NCBI RefSeq assembly: GCF_003790525.1
Contig: NZ_CP033635.1
Strand: one strand, 5' to 3'
Source: Escherichia coli
Lineage (GTDB): Bacteria > Pseudomonadota > Gammaproteobacteria > Enterobacterales > Enterobacteriaceae
Length of the DNA stretch: 64,000 nt
Shown here piece by piece: positions 21,761 through 37,976 of this stretch (the stretch's first letter is position 1; the number at the start of each line of letters is the position of its first letter). A program made the position numbers and the translations under genes. The notes under the pieces are model-generated. The model saw nothing but the letters and a program-made list of their open reading frames with translations, was not told where the DNA came from and did no database searches.

Positions 21761-22921
21761 TCAGGTTGGATCAACAGGCACTACGTTCTCACTTGGGTAA
21801 CAGCCCAATACCTTCATCGAACGGGTGATTTCCCCTAACTCTTTCAATGCTTTTTGCATTTCCGCTGATTCAAGATTGGCCTGAATATCCAGATAAAACA
21901 TCTCTTCCCACGGATTACCGTGAATCGGACGTGATTCCAGACGGGTCATAATTAGACTGTGGTTGCGCAGTACCAGCAACGCTTCAACCAGTGCACCAGC
22001 TTGTTGTCCGGTCGCCATTAACAACGTCGTTTTCGCCGGAACCTGGTCAGAAACGTTAATGGCTTTACGTGCCAACACCACAAATCGGGTGAAGTTTTGT
22101 CGCTGATTCGCTTCAATACGCTCCAGTACCTGCAAACCGTACAAAGTGCCGCCAGCTTCGCTTCCCAACGCAGCAACATGCGGTGATTTTGCCTGTGCAA
22201 CCTTTTCCATTGCCGCAGACGTACTTTCGGTATATTCAATCTTCCAGTGCGGATAACGATTAAGGAATTTGCTGCATTGCTGGAATGGCTGCGGATGGCT
22301 GTAGACCGTATTAATGGTGGATAAATCAGTAGTGCCGGAGACCAACAAACAATGATCGATAGTTAACGTCATCTCGCCAACAATCGACAAACTGGTATGT
22401 TGCAGCAGATCGTAAACGTCGTTTATGGCACCGGAGCTGGTATTTTCAATCGGTACGACGGCATAGTCGGCCTGGCCGGTTTCCACCTGATTAAAAATAT
22501 CGGCAAATTTGGCGCAGCCACTTTCAATGAATTGCTCAAAGTGACGCGCAGCGTACTGACGAGCGGCAAGATGTGAATAGGAGCCTTTGGGGCCGAGAAA
22601 AGCGATGCGTGCTGAGTGCGGATTAATTTTATTGAGATGTTGCTGGAGCAAAGCCTGCTGAGTTAATACGGAATCTTCAATGATGAGCTGGAACAGGCGA
22701 GTAATGTAATGGGCGTCCAGATGGTGCGCTTTACCGAGCGTAATTAATCTTTCCAGCAAATCGCGTTCACGATCAATATCACGTACCGGGCGATGCGAGA
22801 GTAGTTTGGCTTTTCCCACCTCGACGGCCAGTTCGCGTCGCTCTGCCAGTAATGCTAATAATTTTTCATCCAGCGCGCTGATTTTCTCTCGCAGCGCCAG
22901 TAACGGGTTTTCCGATGTCAT
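21761..22921 (-). CDS. pheA: bifunctional chorismate mutase / prephenate dehydratase PheA
   Basis: 386-aa [35 protein letters not shown]... Confidence 0.95.
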
Positions 22922-22943
22922 AGTGTTGCCTTTTTGTTATCAA

Positions 22944-22972
22944 TAAAAAAGGCCCCCCGATTTGGGAGGCCT
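22944..22972 (-). terminator. pheA attenuator terminator
   Basis: Minus strand reads AGGCCTCCCAAATCGGGGGGCCT followed by a T-run, between pheL and pheA. Confidence 0.75.
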
Positions 22973-23019
22973 TATTGTTCGTCTTCGCATTCTGTTTCAC
23001 ACGACGAAACGCCTCCCAT

Positions 23020-23067
23020 TCAGGGGAAGGTAAAAAAGAATGCGAAGAAAAACGGTGTGTGTTTCAT
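23020..23067 (-). CDS. pheL: pheA leader peptide PheL (15 aa, Phe-rich)
   Basis: Minus strand ATG AAA CAC ACA CCG TTT TTC TTC GCA TTC TTT TTT ACC TTC CCC TGA = [15 protein letters not shown]. Confidence 0.9.
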   Translation of the reverse strand: [15 protein letters not shown]

Positions 23068-23120
23068 GTTTGTTTCCTTAAGTGACTTTAGTACAGTACC
23101 CGTACTGTTTTCACGCTGTC

Positions 23121-23147
23121 AACAAAAAACGCGCCCGAAGGCGCGTT
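23121..23147 (-). terminator. intrinsic terminator after raiA
   Basis: AACGCGCCCGAAGGCGCGTT hairpin with an A-run on the plus strand (T-run on minus). Confidence 0.7.
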
Positions 23148-23170
23148 GGCGATACACTCAATATAAAGGA

Positions 23171-23566
<396 letters not shown>

Positions 23567-23734
23567 TCAAAATGTGTGATGGAAATCTCATAATCTTGTC
23601 ACTTTTTGTCAACGAATCTTTTTTGTGAGAAATCGCAGGAAGAGGTGTTTTTTTACTTGAGGAATATCTCAAAGCGAGCCATATTTGATGAGATCGATAG
23701 TGACTAAATCGCTTCAGTTTCACAACTAACAGAA

Positions 23735-23768
23735 TAAAAAAACGGCAGCTCAAGGGCTGCCGTTTTGT
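23735..23768 (-). terminator. intrinsic terminator after bamD
   Basis: AACGGCAGCTCAAGGGCTGCCGTT hairpin preceded by A7 on the plus strand. Confidence 0.65.
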
Positions 23769-23782
23769 GTTTCAGGTTTTTG

Positions 23783-24520
23783 TTATGTATTGCTGCTGTT
23801 TGCAGCGATGATTTTCGCTACTTTTTCAGCTTGCGCATTCATCTGCATCTGACGGTATGCATTTTCCATCAGCGGCAGCGCATCACGCGTAGCCTGGGTA
23901 TCCGGGTAGTCGCGCAACATGCCTTCTACGCGGTTAACGACGGCAACCCATGCACCACGTTCTGTATAGTACTCGGCAACGGAGTATTCATATTTCGCCA
24001 GACGATCTTTCAGGAATACCAGACGTTTGGTGGCATCGGTGGTGTACTGACTGTTCGGATAGCCGCGCACCAGTTTGGAAAAGTCACTAAACGCAGCTCG
24101 TGCATGTTGAGGATCGCGATCGCTACGGTCAACGCCAAAGAACCCTTGCAGCGCACTGTCATCCAGCGCCATATTGGTCAGGCCACGCATGTACATGACA
24201 TAATCGATATTCGGATGGGTCGGGTTAAGGCGAATAAAACGATCGATGGCAGCCTGTGCTAACGGCAAATCGGCGTTTTTATAGTAGGCGTAGATGAGAT
24301 CCAGCTGCACCTGCTGCGAATACGGACCAAACGGATAGCGATTATCTAACGCTTCCAGTTGCGTTATTGCCTGTCTCCAGTTACCGTCCTGCAGCTTTTG
24401 TTGTGCAGTCGCGTAAATTTCATTTGGCGGATTATCAGGTACTTCTTCCTTTGACCCCGAGCAACCCGCCAAAAACAGGCTTAGTGTGGCGGCTGCCACC
24501 AGATATTTCATGCGCGTCAT
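23783..24520 (-). CDS. bamD: outer membrane protein assembly factor BamD (TPR lipoprotein)
   Basis: 245-aa ORF with lipobox (LFLAGCSG) and TPR-like repeats. Confidence 0.95.
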
Positions 24521-24654
24521 GACGTTTTGACTTTCCTCAAAATGTAATACGGGAGATTCTCTGTTCCTGCTCCCGGTTAAGACCAGCTACAATAGCACAC
24601 TATATTAAACGGCAAAGCCGTAAAACCCCAACGATAAACGAAGAAGCAGTATAT

Positions 24655-25635
24655 ATGGCACAACGAGTACAGCTCACTGCAACGGTGTCCGAAAACCAAC
24701 TCGGTCAACGCTTAGATCAGGCTTTGGCCGAAATGTTCCCGGATTATTCACGTTCGCGGATAAAAGAATGGATCCTCGACCAGCGCGTGCTGGTTAACGG
24801 CAAAGTTTGTGATAAGCCGAAAGAAAAAGTATTGGGTGGCGAGCAGGTTGCCATCAACGCTGAGATTGAAGAAGAAGCGCGTTTTGAACCGCAGGATATC
24901 CCGCTGGATATCGTCTATGAAGATGACGATATCATCGTCATTAATAAACCGCGCGACCTGGTGGTACATCCTGGCGCGGGTAACCCGGATGGCACGGTAC
25001 TGAATGCATTGCTTCATTATTATCCGCCCATTGCCGATGTACCGCGTGCAGGCATCGTCCATCGTCTGGATAAAGACACCACTGGCCTGATGGTTGTGGC
25101 AAAAACCGTTCCGGCTCAGACGCGTTTAGTCGAATCTTTGCAAAGGCGTGAAATTACTCGTGAGTATGAAGCGGTGGCAATTGGTCATATGACCGCTGGC
25201 GGTACAGTAGATGAACCAATCAGCCGCCACCCGACCAAACGTACCCATATGGCGGTGCATCCGATGGGCAAACCAGCGGTGACTCACTATCGCATCATGG
25301 AACACTTCCGTGTGCACACGCGTCTGCGGTTGCGTCTGGAAACTGGACGTACGCACCAGATCCGCGTGCATATGGCCCATATCACTCATCCGCTGGTGGG
25401 CGATCCGGTTTATGGTGGCCGTCCGCGTCCGCCAAAAGGTGCTTCGGAAGCGTTTATCTCCACGCTGCGTAAATTTGACCGCCAGGCGCTTCATGCAACC
25501 ATGCTGCGTCTTTATCACCCGATCTCCGGTATCGAAATGGAATGGCATGCGCCTATTCCACAAGATATGGTGGAGCTGATTGAGGTGATGCGCGCCGATT
25601 TCGAAGAGCATAAAGATGAAGTGGACTGGTTATGA
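24655..25635 (+). CDS. rluD: 23S rRNA pseudouridine synthase RluD
   Basis: 326-aa ORF with S4 domain and RluA-family catalytic motif (HRLDKDTTGL). Confidence 0.95.
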   Translation: MAQRVQLTATVSENQLGQRLDQALAEMFPDYSRSRIKEWILDQRVLVNGKVCDKPKEKVLGGEQVAINAEIEEEARFEPQDIPLDIVYEDDDIIVINKPRDLVVHPGAGNPDGTVLNALLHYYPPIADVPRAGIVHRLDKDTTGLMVVAKTVPAQTRLVESLQRREITREYEAVAIGHMTAGGTVDEPISRHPTKRTHMAVHPMGKPAVTHYRIMEHFRVHTRLRLRLETGRTHQIRVHMAHITHPLVGDPVYGGRPRPPKGASEAFISTLRKFDRQALHATMLRLYHPISGIEMEWHAPIPQDMVELIEVMRADFEEHKDEVDWL

Positions 25636-26363
25636 GTAAGCTGATTGTCCCGCAGTGGCCGCTGCCAAAAGGTGTTGCGGCCTGTAGCTCTACTCGTATC
25701 GGCGGCGTGAGCTTGCCCCCGTATGACTCGCTCAACCTCGGTGCCCATTGTGGCGATAACCCGGATCACGTTGAGGAGAATCGCAAGCGACTTTTTGCTG
25801 CGGGCAATTTGCCTTCTAAACCGGTCTGGCTTGAGCAGGTACACGGCAAAGATGTGCTTAAGCTTACTGGCGAACCTTATGCCTCAAAACGAGCAGATGC
25901 CTCTTATAGCAATACGCCCGGCACGGTTTGCGCAGTGATGACTGCCGACTGCCTCCCTGTGCTGTTTTGCAATCGAGCGGGAACGGAAGTCGCCGCCGCT
26001 CATGCTGGCTGGCGTGGACTGTGCGCAGGCGTGCTGGAAGAGACAGTTTCCTGTTTTGCTGATAATCCAGAAAATATTCTCGCCTGGTTAGGGCCGGCAA
26101 TTGGTCCACGCGCGTTTGAAGTGGGGGCGGAGGTTCGCGAGGCGTTTATGGCAGTAGACGCCGAAGCGAGTACAGCTTTCATTCAGCATGGTGATAAGTA
26201 TCTGGCGGACATTTATCAGCTTGCCCGGCAGCGTCTGGCGAGCGTTGGTGTTGAACAAATTTTCGGCGGCGACCGTTGTACATATACGGAAAATGAGACT
26301 TTCTTCTCTTATCGTCGCGACAAGACCACCGGTCGTATGGCAAGTTTCATTTGGCTGATATAA
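25632..26363 (+). CDS. pgeF: YfiH/PgeF (peptidoglycan editing factor family)
   Basis: 243-aa ORF overlapping the rluD stop by 4 bp; conserved rluD-yfiH pair. Confidence 0.9.
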   Translation: MSKLIVPQWPLPKGVAACSSTRIGGVSLPPYDSLNLGAHCGDNPDHVEENRKRLFAAGNLPSKPVWLEQVHGKDVLKLTGEPYASKRADASYSNTPGTVCAVMTADCLPVLFCNRAGTEVAAAHAGWRGLCAGVLEETVSCFADNPENILAWLGPAIGPRAFEVGAEVREAFMAVDAEASTAFIQHGDKYLADIYQLARQRLASVGVEQIFGGDRCTYTENETFFSYRRDKTTGRMASFIWLI

Positions 26364-26424
26364 CCTAAAGAATCAAGACGATCCGGTACGCGTGATTTTC
26401 TTTTCACATTAATCTGGTCAATAA

Positions 26425-26460
26425 CCTTGAATAATTGAGGGATGACCTCATTTAATCTCC
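26425..26460 (+). promoter_or_regulatory. sigma32 heat-shock promoter of clpB
   Basis: CCTTGAATAA ... GACCTCATTTAAT, resembling the sigma32 -35/-10 consensus. Confidence 0.55.
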
Positions 26461-26492
26461 AGTAGCAACTTTGATCCGTTATGGGAGGAGTT

Positions 26493-29066
26493 ATGCGTCT
26501 GGATCGTCTTACTAATAAATTCCAGCTTGCTCTTGCCGATGCCCAATCACTTGCACTCGGGCACGACAACCAATTCATCGAACCACTTCATTTAATGAGC
26601 GCCCTGCTGAATCAGGAAGGGGGTTCGGTTAGTCCTTTATTAACATCCGCTGGCATAAATGCTGGCCAGTTGCGCACAGATATCAATCAGGCATTAAATC
26701 GTTTACCGCAGGTTGAAGGTACTGGTGGTGATGTCCAGCCATCACAGGATCTGGTGCGCGTTCTTAATCTTTGCGACAAGCTGGCGCAAAAACGTGGTGA
26801 TAACTTTATCTCGTCAGAACTGTTCGTTCTGGCGGCACTTGAGTCTCGCGGCACGCTGGCCGACATCCTGAAAGCAGCAGGGGCGACCACCGCCAACATT
26901 ACTCAAGCGATTGAACAAATGCGTGGAGGTGAAAGCGTGAACGATCAAGGTGCTGAAGACCAACGTCAGGCTTTGAAAAAATATACCATCGACCTTACCG
27001 AACGAGCCGAACAGGGTAAACTCGATCCGGTGATTGGTCGTGATGAAGAAATTCGCCGTACCATTCAGGTGCTGCAACGTCGTACTAAAAATAACCCGGT
27101 ACTGATTGGTGAACCAGGCGTCGGTAAGACTGCCATCGTTGAAGGTCTGGCGCAGCGTATTATCAACGGCGAAGTGCCCGAAGGGTTGAAAGGCCGCCGC
27201 GTACTGGCGCTGGATATGGGCGCGCTGGTGGCTGGGGCGAAATATCGCGGTGAGTTTGAAGAACGTTTAAAAGGCGTACTTAACGATCTTGCCAAACAGG
27301 AAGGCAACGTCATCCTGTTTATCGACGAATTACATACCATGGTCGGCGCGGGTAAAGCCGATGGCGCAATGGACGCCGGAAACATGCTGAAACCGGCGCT
27401 GGCGCGTGGTGAATTGCACTGCGTAGGTGCCACGACGCTTGACGAATATCGCCAGTACATCGAAAAAGATGCTGCGCTGGAACGTCGTTTCCAGAAAGTG
27501 TTTGTTGCCGAGCCTTCTGTTGAAGATACGATTGCGATTCTGCGTGGCCTGAAAGAACGTTACGAGCTGCACCACCATGTGCAAATTACTGACCCGGCAA
27601 TTGTTGCAGCGGCGACGTTGTCTCATCGCTACATTGCTGACCGTCAGCTGCCAGATAAAGCCATCGACCTGATCGATGAGGCAGCATCCAGCATTCGTAT
27701 GCAGATTGACTCAAAACCAGAAGAACTCGACCGACTCGATCGCCGTATCATCCAGCTCAAACTGGAACAACAGGCGTTAATGAAAGAGTCTGATGAAGCC
27801 AGTAAAAAACGTCTGGATATGCTCAATGAAGAACTGAGCGACAAAGAACGTCAGTACTCCGAGTTAGAAGAAGAGTGGAAAGCAGAGAAAGCATCGCTTT
27901 CTGGTACGCAGACCATTAAAGCGGAACTGGAACAGGCGAAAATCGCTATTGAACAGGCTCGCCGTGTGGGTGACCTGGCGCGGATGTCTGAACTGCAATA
28001 CGGCAAAATCCCGGAACTGGAAAAGCAACTGGAAGCCGCAACGCAGCTCGAAGGCAAAACTATGCGTCTGTTGCGTAATAAAGTGACCGATGCCGAAATT
28101 GCTGAAGTGCTGGCGCGTTGGACGGGGATTCCGGTTTCTCGCATGATGGAAAGCGAGCGCGAAAAACTGCTGCGTATGGAGCAAGAACTGCACCATCGCG
28201 TTATTGGTCAGAACGAAGCGGTTGATGCGGTATCTAACGCTATTCGTCGTAGCCGTGCGGGGCTGGCGGATCCAAATCGCCCGATTGGTTCATTCCTGTT
28301 CCTCGGCCCAACGGGTGTGGGGAAAACTGAGCTTTGTAAGGCGCTGGCGAACTTTATGTTTGATAGCGACGAGGCGATGGTCCGTATCGATATGTCCGAG
28401 TTTATGGAGAAACACTCGGTGTCTCGTCTGGTTGGTGCGCCTCCGGGATATGTCGGTTATGAAGAAGGTGGCTACCTGACCGAAGCGGTGCGTCGTCGTC
28501 CGTATTCCGTCATCCTGCTGGATGAAGTGGAAAAAGCGCATCCGGATGTCTTCAACATTCTGTTGCAGGTACTGGATGATGGGCGTCTGACTGACGGGCA
28601 GGGGAGAACGGTCGACTTCCGTAATACGGTTGTCATTATGACCTCTAACCTCGGTTCCGATTTGATTCAGGAACGCTTCGGTGAACTGGATTATGCGCAC
28701 ATGAAAGAGCTGGTGCTCGGTGTGGTAAGCCATAACTTCCGTCCGGAATTCATTAACCGTATCGATGAAGTGGTGGTCTTCCATCCGCTGGGTGAACAGC
28801 ACATTGCGTCGATTGCGCAGATTCAGTTGAAACGTCTGTATAAACGTCTGGAAGAACGTGGTTATGAAATCCACATTTCTGACGAGGCGCTGAAACTGCT
28901 GAGCGAGAACGGTTACGATCCGGTCTATGGTGCACGTCCTCTGAAACGTGCAATTCAGCAGCAGATCGAAAACCCGCTGGCACAGCAAATACTGTCTGGT
29001 GAATTGGTTCCGGGTAAAGTGATTCGCCTGGAAGTTAATGAAGACCGGATTGTCGCCGTCCAGTAA
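26493..29066 (+). CDS. clpB: disaggregase chaperone ClpB
   Basis: 857-aa ORF from [35 protein letters not shown]... with two AAA+ modules. Confidence 0.97.
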
Positions 29067-29072
29067 ATGATA

Positions 29073-29100
29073 AAACGAGCCCTTCGGGGCTCGTTTTTGT
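29073..29100 (+). terminator. clpB intrinsic terminator
   Basis: AAAACGAGCCCTTCGGGGCTCGTTTTTGT. Confidence 0.8.
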
Positions 29101-29181
29101 CTATAAGTTAGACGGGAAAGACTATATTTAAGATGTTTTGCCTGAAAAATGAGCGAACGATAAAGTTTTTATATTTTCCTC

Positions 29182-29210
29182 TTGTCAGGCCGGAATAACT
29201 CCCTATAATG
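29182..29210 (+). promoter_or_regulatory. rRNA operon promoter P1
   Basis: TTGTCA -17 bp- TATAAT followed by GC-rich discriminator GCGCC, with an AT-rich UP-like region upstream. Confidence 0.75.
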
Positions 29211-29299
29211 CGCCACCACTGACACAGAACAACGGCAAACACGCCGCCGGGTCAGCGGGGTTCTCCTGAGAATCTCAACAGAGAAAGCAAAAATAAATG

Positions 29300-29328
29300 C
29301 TTGACTCTGTAGCGGGAAAGCGTATTAT
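29300..29328 (+). promoter_or_regulatory. rRNA operon promoter P2
   Basis: TTGACT -17 bp- TATTAT. Confidence 0.75.
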
Positions 29329-29509
29329 GCACACCCCGCGCCGCTGAGAAAAAGCGAAGCGGCACTGCTCTTTAACAATTTATCAGACAATCTGTGTGGG
29401 CACTCGAAGATACGGATTCTTAACGTCGCAAGACGAAAAATGAATACCAAGTCTCAAGAGTGAACACGTAATTCATTACGAAGTTTAATTCTTTGAGCAT
29501 CAAACTTTT

Positions 29510-31051
<1,542 letters not shown>

Positions 31052-31136
31052 CCTTAAAGAAGCGTACTTTGAAGTGCTCACACAGATTGTCTGATAGAAA
31101 GTGAAAAGCAAGGCGTCTTGCGAAGCAGACTGATAC

Positions 31137-31212
31137 GTCCCCTTCGTCTAGAGGCCCAGGACACCGCCCTTTCACGGCGGTAACAGGGGTTCGAATCCCC
31201 TAGGGGACGCCA
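31137..31212 (+). tRNA. gltW: tRNA-Glu (spacer tRNA)
   Basis: GTCCCCTTCGTCTAGAGGCCCAGGACACCGCCCTTTCACGGCGGTAACAGGGGTTCGAATCCCCTAGGGGACGCCA. Confidence 0.95.
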
Positions 31213-31405
31213 CTTGCTGGTTTGTGAGTGAAAGTCACCTGCCTTAATATCTCAAAACTCATCTTCGGGTGACGTTTGAGATATTTGCTCTTTAAAAATC
31301 TGGATCAAGCTGAAAATTGAAACACTGAACAACGAAAGTTGTTCGTGAGTCTCTCAAATTTTCGCAACACGATGATGAATCGCAAGAAACATCTTCGGGT
31401 TGTGA

Positions 31406-34309
<2,904 letters not shown>

Positions 34310-34401
34310 ACAACGCCGAAGATGTTTTGGCGGAAGAGAGAAGATTTTCAGCCTGATACAGATTAAATCAGAACGCAGAAGCGGTCTGATGAAACAGAAT
34401 T

Positions 34402-34521
34402 TGCCTGGCGGCCGTAGCGCGGTGGTCCCACCTGACCCCATGCCGAACTCAGAAGTGAAACGCCGTAGCGCCGATGGTAGTGTGGGGTCTCCCCATGCGA
34501 GAGTAGGGAACTGCCAGGCAT
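34402..34521 (+). rRNA. rrfG: 5S ribosomal RNA
   Basis: TGCCTGGCGGCCGTAGCGCGGTGGTCCCACCTGACCCCATGCCGAACTCAG ... CTGCCAGGCAT; 120 nt. Confidence 0.97.
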
Positions 34522-34533
34522 CAAATTAAGCAG

Positions 34534-34562
34534 AAGGCCATCCGTCAGGATGGCCTTTTTGC
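34534..34562 (+). terminator. rRNA operon terminator
   Basis: AAGGCCATCCGTCAGGATGGCCTTTTT immediately after the 5S gene. Confidence 0.85.
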
Positions 34563-34843
34563 ATTGGTGCAGAAAAAAATGCCTGATGCGATGCTGCGCG
34601 TCTTATACTCCCACATATGCCAGATTCAGCAACGGATACGGTTTCCCCAACTTGCCTACTTCCATACGTGTCCTCCTTACCAGAAATTTATCCTTAAGCT
34701 CCTCAATAACCATTTTCCTGCTAACTAAATTCATGGTTAAGGTTGCATAATGATACGCAACAAATGTATAACATTTTTTTACCAAAAAAAATAAACAACA
34801 GCGACTGACAAAAGCATCGGATTACGGCAGGAGACATAATGGC

Positions 34844-36142
34844 ATGGCTGAAAGTACTGTAACGGCAGACAGCAAACTGACAAGTAGTGATACTCGTCGC
34901 CGCATTTGGGCGATTGTGGGGGCCTCTTCAGGTAATCTGGTCGAGTGGTTCGATTTCTATGTCTACTCGTTCTGTTCACTCTACTTTGCCCACATCTTCT
35001 TCCCTTCCGGGAACACGACGACTCAACTACTACAAACAGCAGGTGTTTTTGCTGCGGGATTTCTGATGCGCCCAATAGGCGGTTGGCTATTTGGCCGCAT
35101 AGCCGATAAACATGGTCGCAAAAAATCGATGCTATTATCGGTGTGTATGATGTGTTTCGGCTCACTGGTTATCGCCTGTTTGCCAGGCTACGAAACAATC
35201 GGTACCTGGGCTCCGGCATTATTGCTTCTTGCTCGTTTATTCCAGGGATTATCCGTTGGCGGAGAATATGGCACCAGCGCCACCTATATGAGTGAAGTTG
35301 CCGTTGAAGGGCGCAAAGGTTTTTACGCATCATTTCAGTATGTGACGTTGATCGGCGGGCAACTGCTAGCTCTACTGGTTGTCGTGGTTTTACAACACAC
35401 CATGGAAGACGCTGCACTCAGAGAGTGGGGATGGCGTATTCCTTTCGCGTTAGGAGCTGTGTTAGCTGTTGTGGCGTTGTGGTTACGTCGTCAGTTAGAT
35501 GAAACTTCACAACAAGAAACGCGCGCTTTAAAAGAAGCTGGATCTCTGAAAGGATTATGGCGCAATCGCCGTGCATTCATCATGGTTCTCGGTTTTACCG
35601 CTGCGGGCTCCCTTTGTTTCTATACCTTCACCACTTATATGCAGAAGTATCTGGTAAATACTGCGGGAATGCATGCCAACGTGGCGAGTGGCATTATGAC
35701 TGCCGCATTGTTTGTATTCATGCTTATTCAACCACTCATTGGCGCGCTGTCGGATAAGATTGGTCGCCGTACCTCAATGTTATGTTTCGGTTCGCTGGCA
35801 GCCATTTTTACCGTTCCTATTCTCTCAGCATTGCAGAACGTTTCCTCGCCTTATGCCGCTTTTGGTCTGGTGATGTGCGCCCTGCTGATAGTGAGTTTTT
35901 ATACTTCAATCAGTGGAATACTGAAGGCTGAGATGTTCCCGGCACAGGTTCGCGCATTAGGCGTTGGTCTGTCATATGCGGTCGCCAATGCTATATTTGG
36001 TGGGTCGGCGGAGTACGTAGCGTTGTCGCTGAAATCAATAGGAATGGAAACAGCCTTCTTCTGGTATGTGACCTTGATGGCCGTGGTGGCGTTTCTGGTT
36101 TCACTAACATTGCACCGTAAAGGAAAAGGGATGCGGCTTTAG
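34844..36142 (+). CDS. kgtP: alpha-ketoglutarate:H+ symporter (MFS)
   Basis: 432-aa 12-[46 protein letters not shown]... Confidence 0.95.
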   Translation: MAESTVTADSKLTSSDTRRRIWAIVGASSGNLVEWFDFYVYSFCSLYFAHIFFPSGNTTTQLLQTAGVFAAGFLMRPIGGWLFGRIADKHGRKKSMLLSVCMMCFGSLVIACLPGYETIGTWAPALLLLARLFQGLSVGGEYGTSATYMSEVAVEGRKGFYASFQYVTLIGGQLLALLVVVVLQHTMEDAALREWGWRIPFALGAVLAVVALWLRRQLDETSQQETRALKEAGSLKGLWRNRRAFIMVLGFTAAGSLCFYTFTTYMQKYLVNTAGMHANVASGIMTAALFVFMLIQPLIGALSDKIGRRTSMLCFGSLAAIFTVPILSALQNVSSPYAAFGLVMCALLIVSFYTSISGILKAEMFPAQVRALGVGLSYAVANAIFGGSAEYVALSLKSIGMETAFFWYVTLMAVVAFLVSLTLHRKGKGMRL

Positions 36143-36483
36143 TGACGAGTCAGTTGCCAGACGGTATAGCCGGTGCTTGCACCGGCGATATCCCAGGCAA
36201 AATCCTTCCAGCTCCAGCCGCTCCCCTCAGGGCGGCTATCCCAAAGCTCTTTTGACGCCCCCAGACTGACAGAGAACATCAATCCAAACATGGCACTGCG
36301 ATCCCGGCTCATCCCCTGATGCTGTGCATATTCATTTCCGGCGGCGGAAAGCATCGCCGAGGCGATAAAGTGTTGAGCTTTATCCTGCCCGCTCCAGCTA
36401 TCGTTAGCCATATGGCTGCATCCAGAAAGTAACAATAGCGAGCAGACAAAAAGAATACGCAAAACGTGGCCTCCAAAAAACAA
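36139..36483 (-). CDS. yfiM: lipoprotein YfiM
   Basis: Small ORF with lipobox (LLSGCSH); exact start uncertain. Confidence 0.7.
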   Translation of the reverse strand: MFFGGHVLRILFVCSLLLLSGCSHMANDSWSGQDKAQHFIASAMLSAAGNEYAQHQGMSRDRSAMFGLMFSVSLGASKELWDSRPEGSGWSWKDFAWDIAGASTGYTVWQLTRH

Positions 36484-36507
36484 ACCCCGTACAGGACGGG
36501 GTTGTGA

Positions 36508-37863
36508 TTACAGGATGCGGCTAATTAATCGGTCGATGCGGATACGGCGCAAACGACGGATGAGTTTACGAACCTTCACCGGATAATCGGCAATACTTTG
36601 CAGATCGCGATAGTGCTTAACGATGGTGGTATGCTCGCGGATCAGCTCCAGTTCTTTCTCTCGCTGTGGCGCAAGCTCCAGTTGCGGATCGTGGATCAAA
36701 ATGGCGTTTTCCAGATCCAGACGCCAGGCGCGCGGGTTCAGGTTATTACCGGTGATCAACATCCACTTATCATCAACCCACATCCCTTTCAGGTGATAGG
36801 TGTTGTCGTCATCTTTCCATAACCGAACCACTAATTGGTCAGTATTGACGTAATACTGCAAACGGCTCAGGAAACGACGCAGATTGATCTCATAGAGATA
36901 AGGCAATGCGCCAATTATCTTGAAAGGTTCATCTTCCGGAATGTAGAAGTCATTCGCGGTTTTATCACCAACAATAATTTCGACCTTTTTCCCTTCGCGC
37001 AGCAACTGGATAATATTGCGCACAAGGATTGCTGGCAGGTTGAAGTAAGGTGTGCAGATGGTTAGTTTCTGCTCGGCACAAGGCATAAGATGGAAAATAG
37101 TCTTGTTCAACAGACTCGATTTCCCCAGCCCCACTAGCGGCGTTACGGAAAGCTGATCGTTGTCGGCATCGCCCTGGAAATGATAAGCGGCATCACGCAG
37201 CTCCTGGCGGAACAGGCGAATGTCGTTCTTGATTTCCGGGCTTTTTGGCCGATTAACATCATCCAGACGATTAACGCCGCGGCCATTCATAATATTCTGT
37301 GTAACCCATTCAAACATAATGTCTGACATCTTACGGTTACGGATCAGATGATAACGGTCGTAGCGATATTTATCGTGCTGATGCAGGTAAACATCGTTCA
37401 GGCTGGCACCGCTATAAAGTACGCTATCGTCGATGATAAAGCCTTTAAAGTGCAGAACACCAAGGGCTTCACGGGTATTGATTGGAACGCCATAAACCGG
37501 AACATCTACGCCCGGATTTTCCTGCGCCATGCGGCAGTACCAGTCAGCGTTAGTGTTAGATGCCGCAGCGCCAATGCGTCCACGTTGTGCACGATGCCAG
37601 TCGACCAGCACCCGCACATCCAGTTCCGGACGCTGCCTTTTAGCCTCATACAACGCGTTCAGAATGCCTTTGCCACCGTCATCCTGTTCGAGATACAGGG
37701 CGACAATGCAAATGCGCTGCTTCGCGCTGGCTATTTTTTCCAGCAGCGTCTCCCGGAAGTCGGCGGGAGCGTAAAAGAAATCGACATCATCAACTGATTG
37801 AGAAATCTTGGGTAGTTGGGCAAGGTGTTGTTGATGTTTATTACGCTTAAATTTTGACAACAT
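36508..37863 (-). CDS. pssA: CDP-diacylglycerol--serine O-phosphatidyltransferase
   Basis: 451-aa ORF MLSKFKRNKHQQHLAQLPKISQSVDDVDFFYAP... with two PLD-like HKD motifs. Confidence 0.95.
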   Translation of the reverse strand: MLSKFKRNKHQQHLAQLPKISQSVDDVDFFYAPADFRETLLEKIASAKQRICIVALYLEQDDGGKGILNALYEAKRQRPELDVRVLVDWHRAQRGRIGAAASNTNADWYCRMAQENPGVDVPVYGVPINTREALGVLHFKGFIIDDSVLYSGASLNDVYLHQHDKYRYDRYHLIRNRKMSDIMFEWVTQNIMNGRGVNRLDDVNRPKSPEIKNDIRLFRQELRDAAYHFQGDADNDQLSVTPLVGLGKSSLLNKTIFHLMPCAEQKLTICTPYFNLPAILVRNIIQLLREGKKVEIIVGDKTANDFYIPEDEPFKIIGALPYLYEINLRRFLSRLQYYVNTDQLVVRLWKDDDNTYHLKGMWVDDKWMLITGNNLNPRAWRLDLENAILIHDPQLELAPQREKELELIREHTTIVKHYRDLQSIADYPVKVRKLIRRLRRIRIDRLISRIL

Positions 37864-37976
37864 CACAGTGCATTTCTTCTCTGTTCATTGAAGGGTCCTC
37901 TGTGCAATGCAGACGACATAAGCGGGCAATAATAACACCAGTCCCGATTAAGTGGTCAACATTTCCAGTACCTTAC

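Noticed and set aside
26364-26492. Possible RyfD-like small RNA near the clpB 5' end
   Set aside because: I recall an sRNA annotated near clpB in K-12 but cannot place it or confirm it from sequence alone, so it is not reported as a feature.
28290-28988. 232-aa minus-strand ORF inside clpB
   Set aside because: Antisense shadow ORF within the second AAA+ module of clpB.
29067-29509. Possible small gene or sRNA in the 440-bp gap between clpB and 16S
   Set aside because: Fully explained by the clpB terminator plus the tandem rRNA P1/P2 promoters with UP-like AT-rich regions and the leader.
34850-34873. Tiny ORF MAWLKVL overlapping the kgtP start
   Set aside because: Seven codons, no independent ribosome-binding site, out of frame with kgtP; chance ORF.
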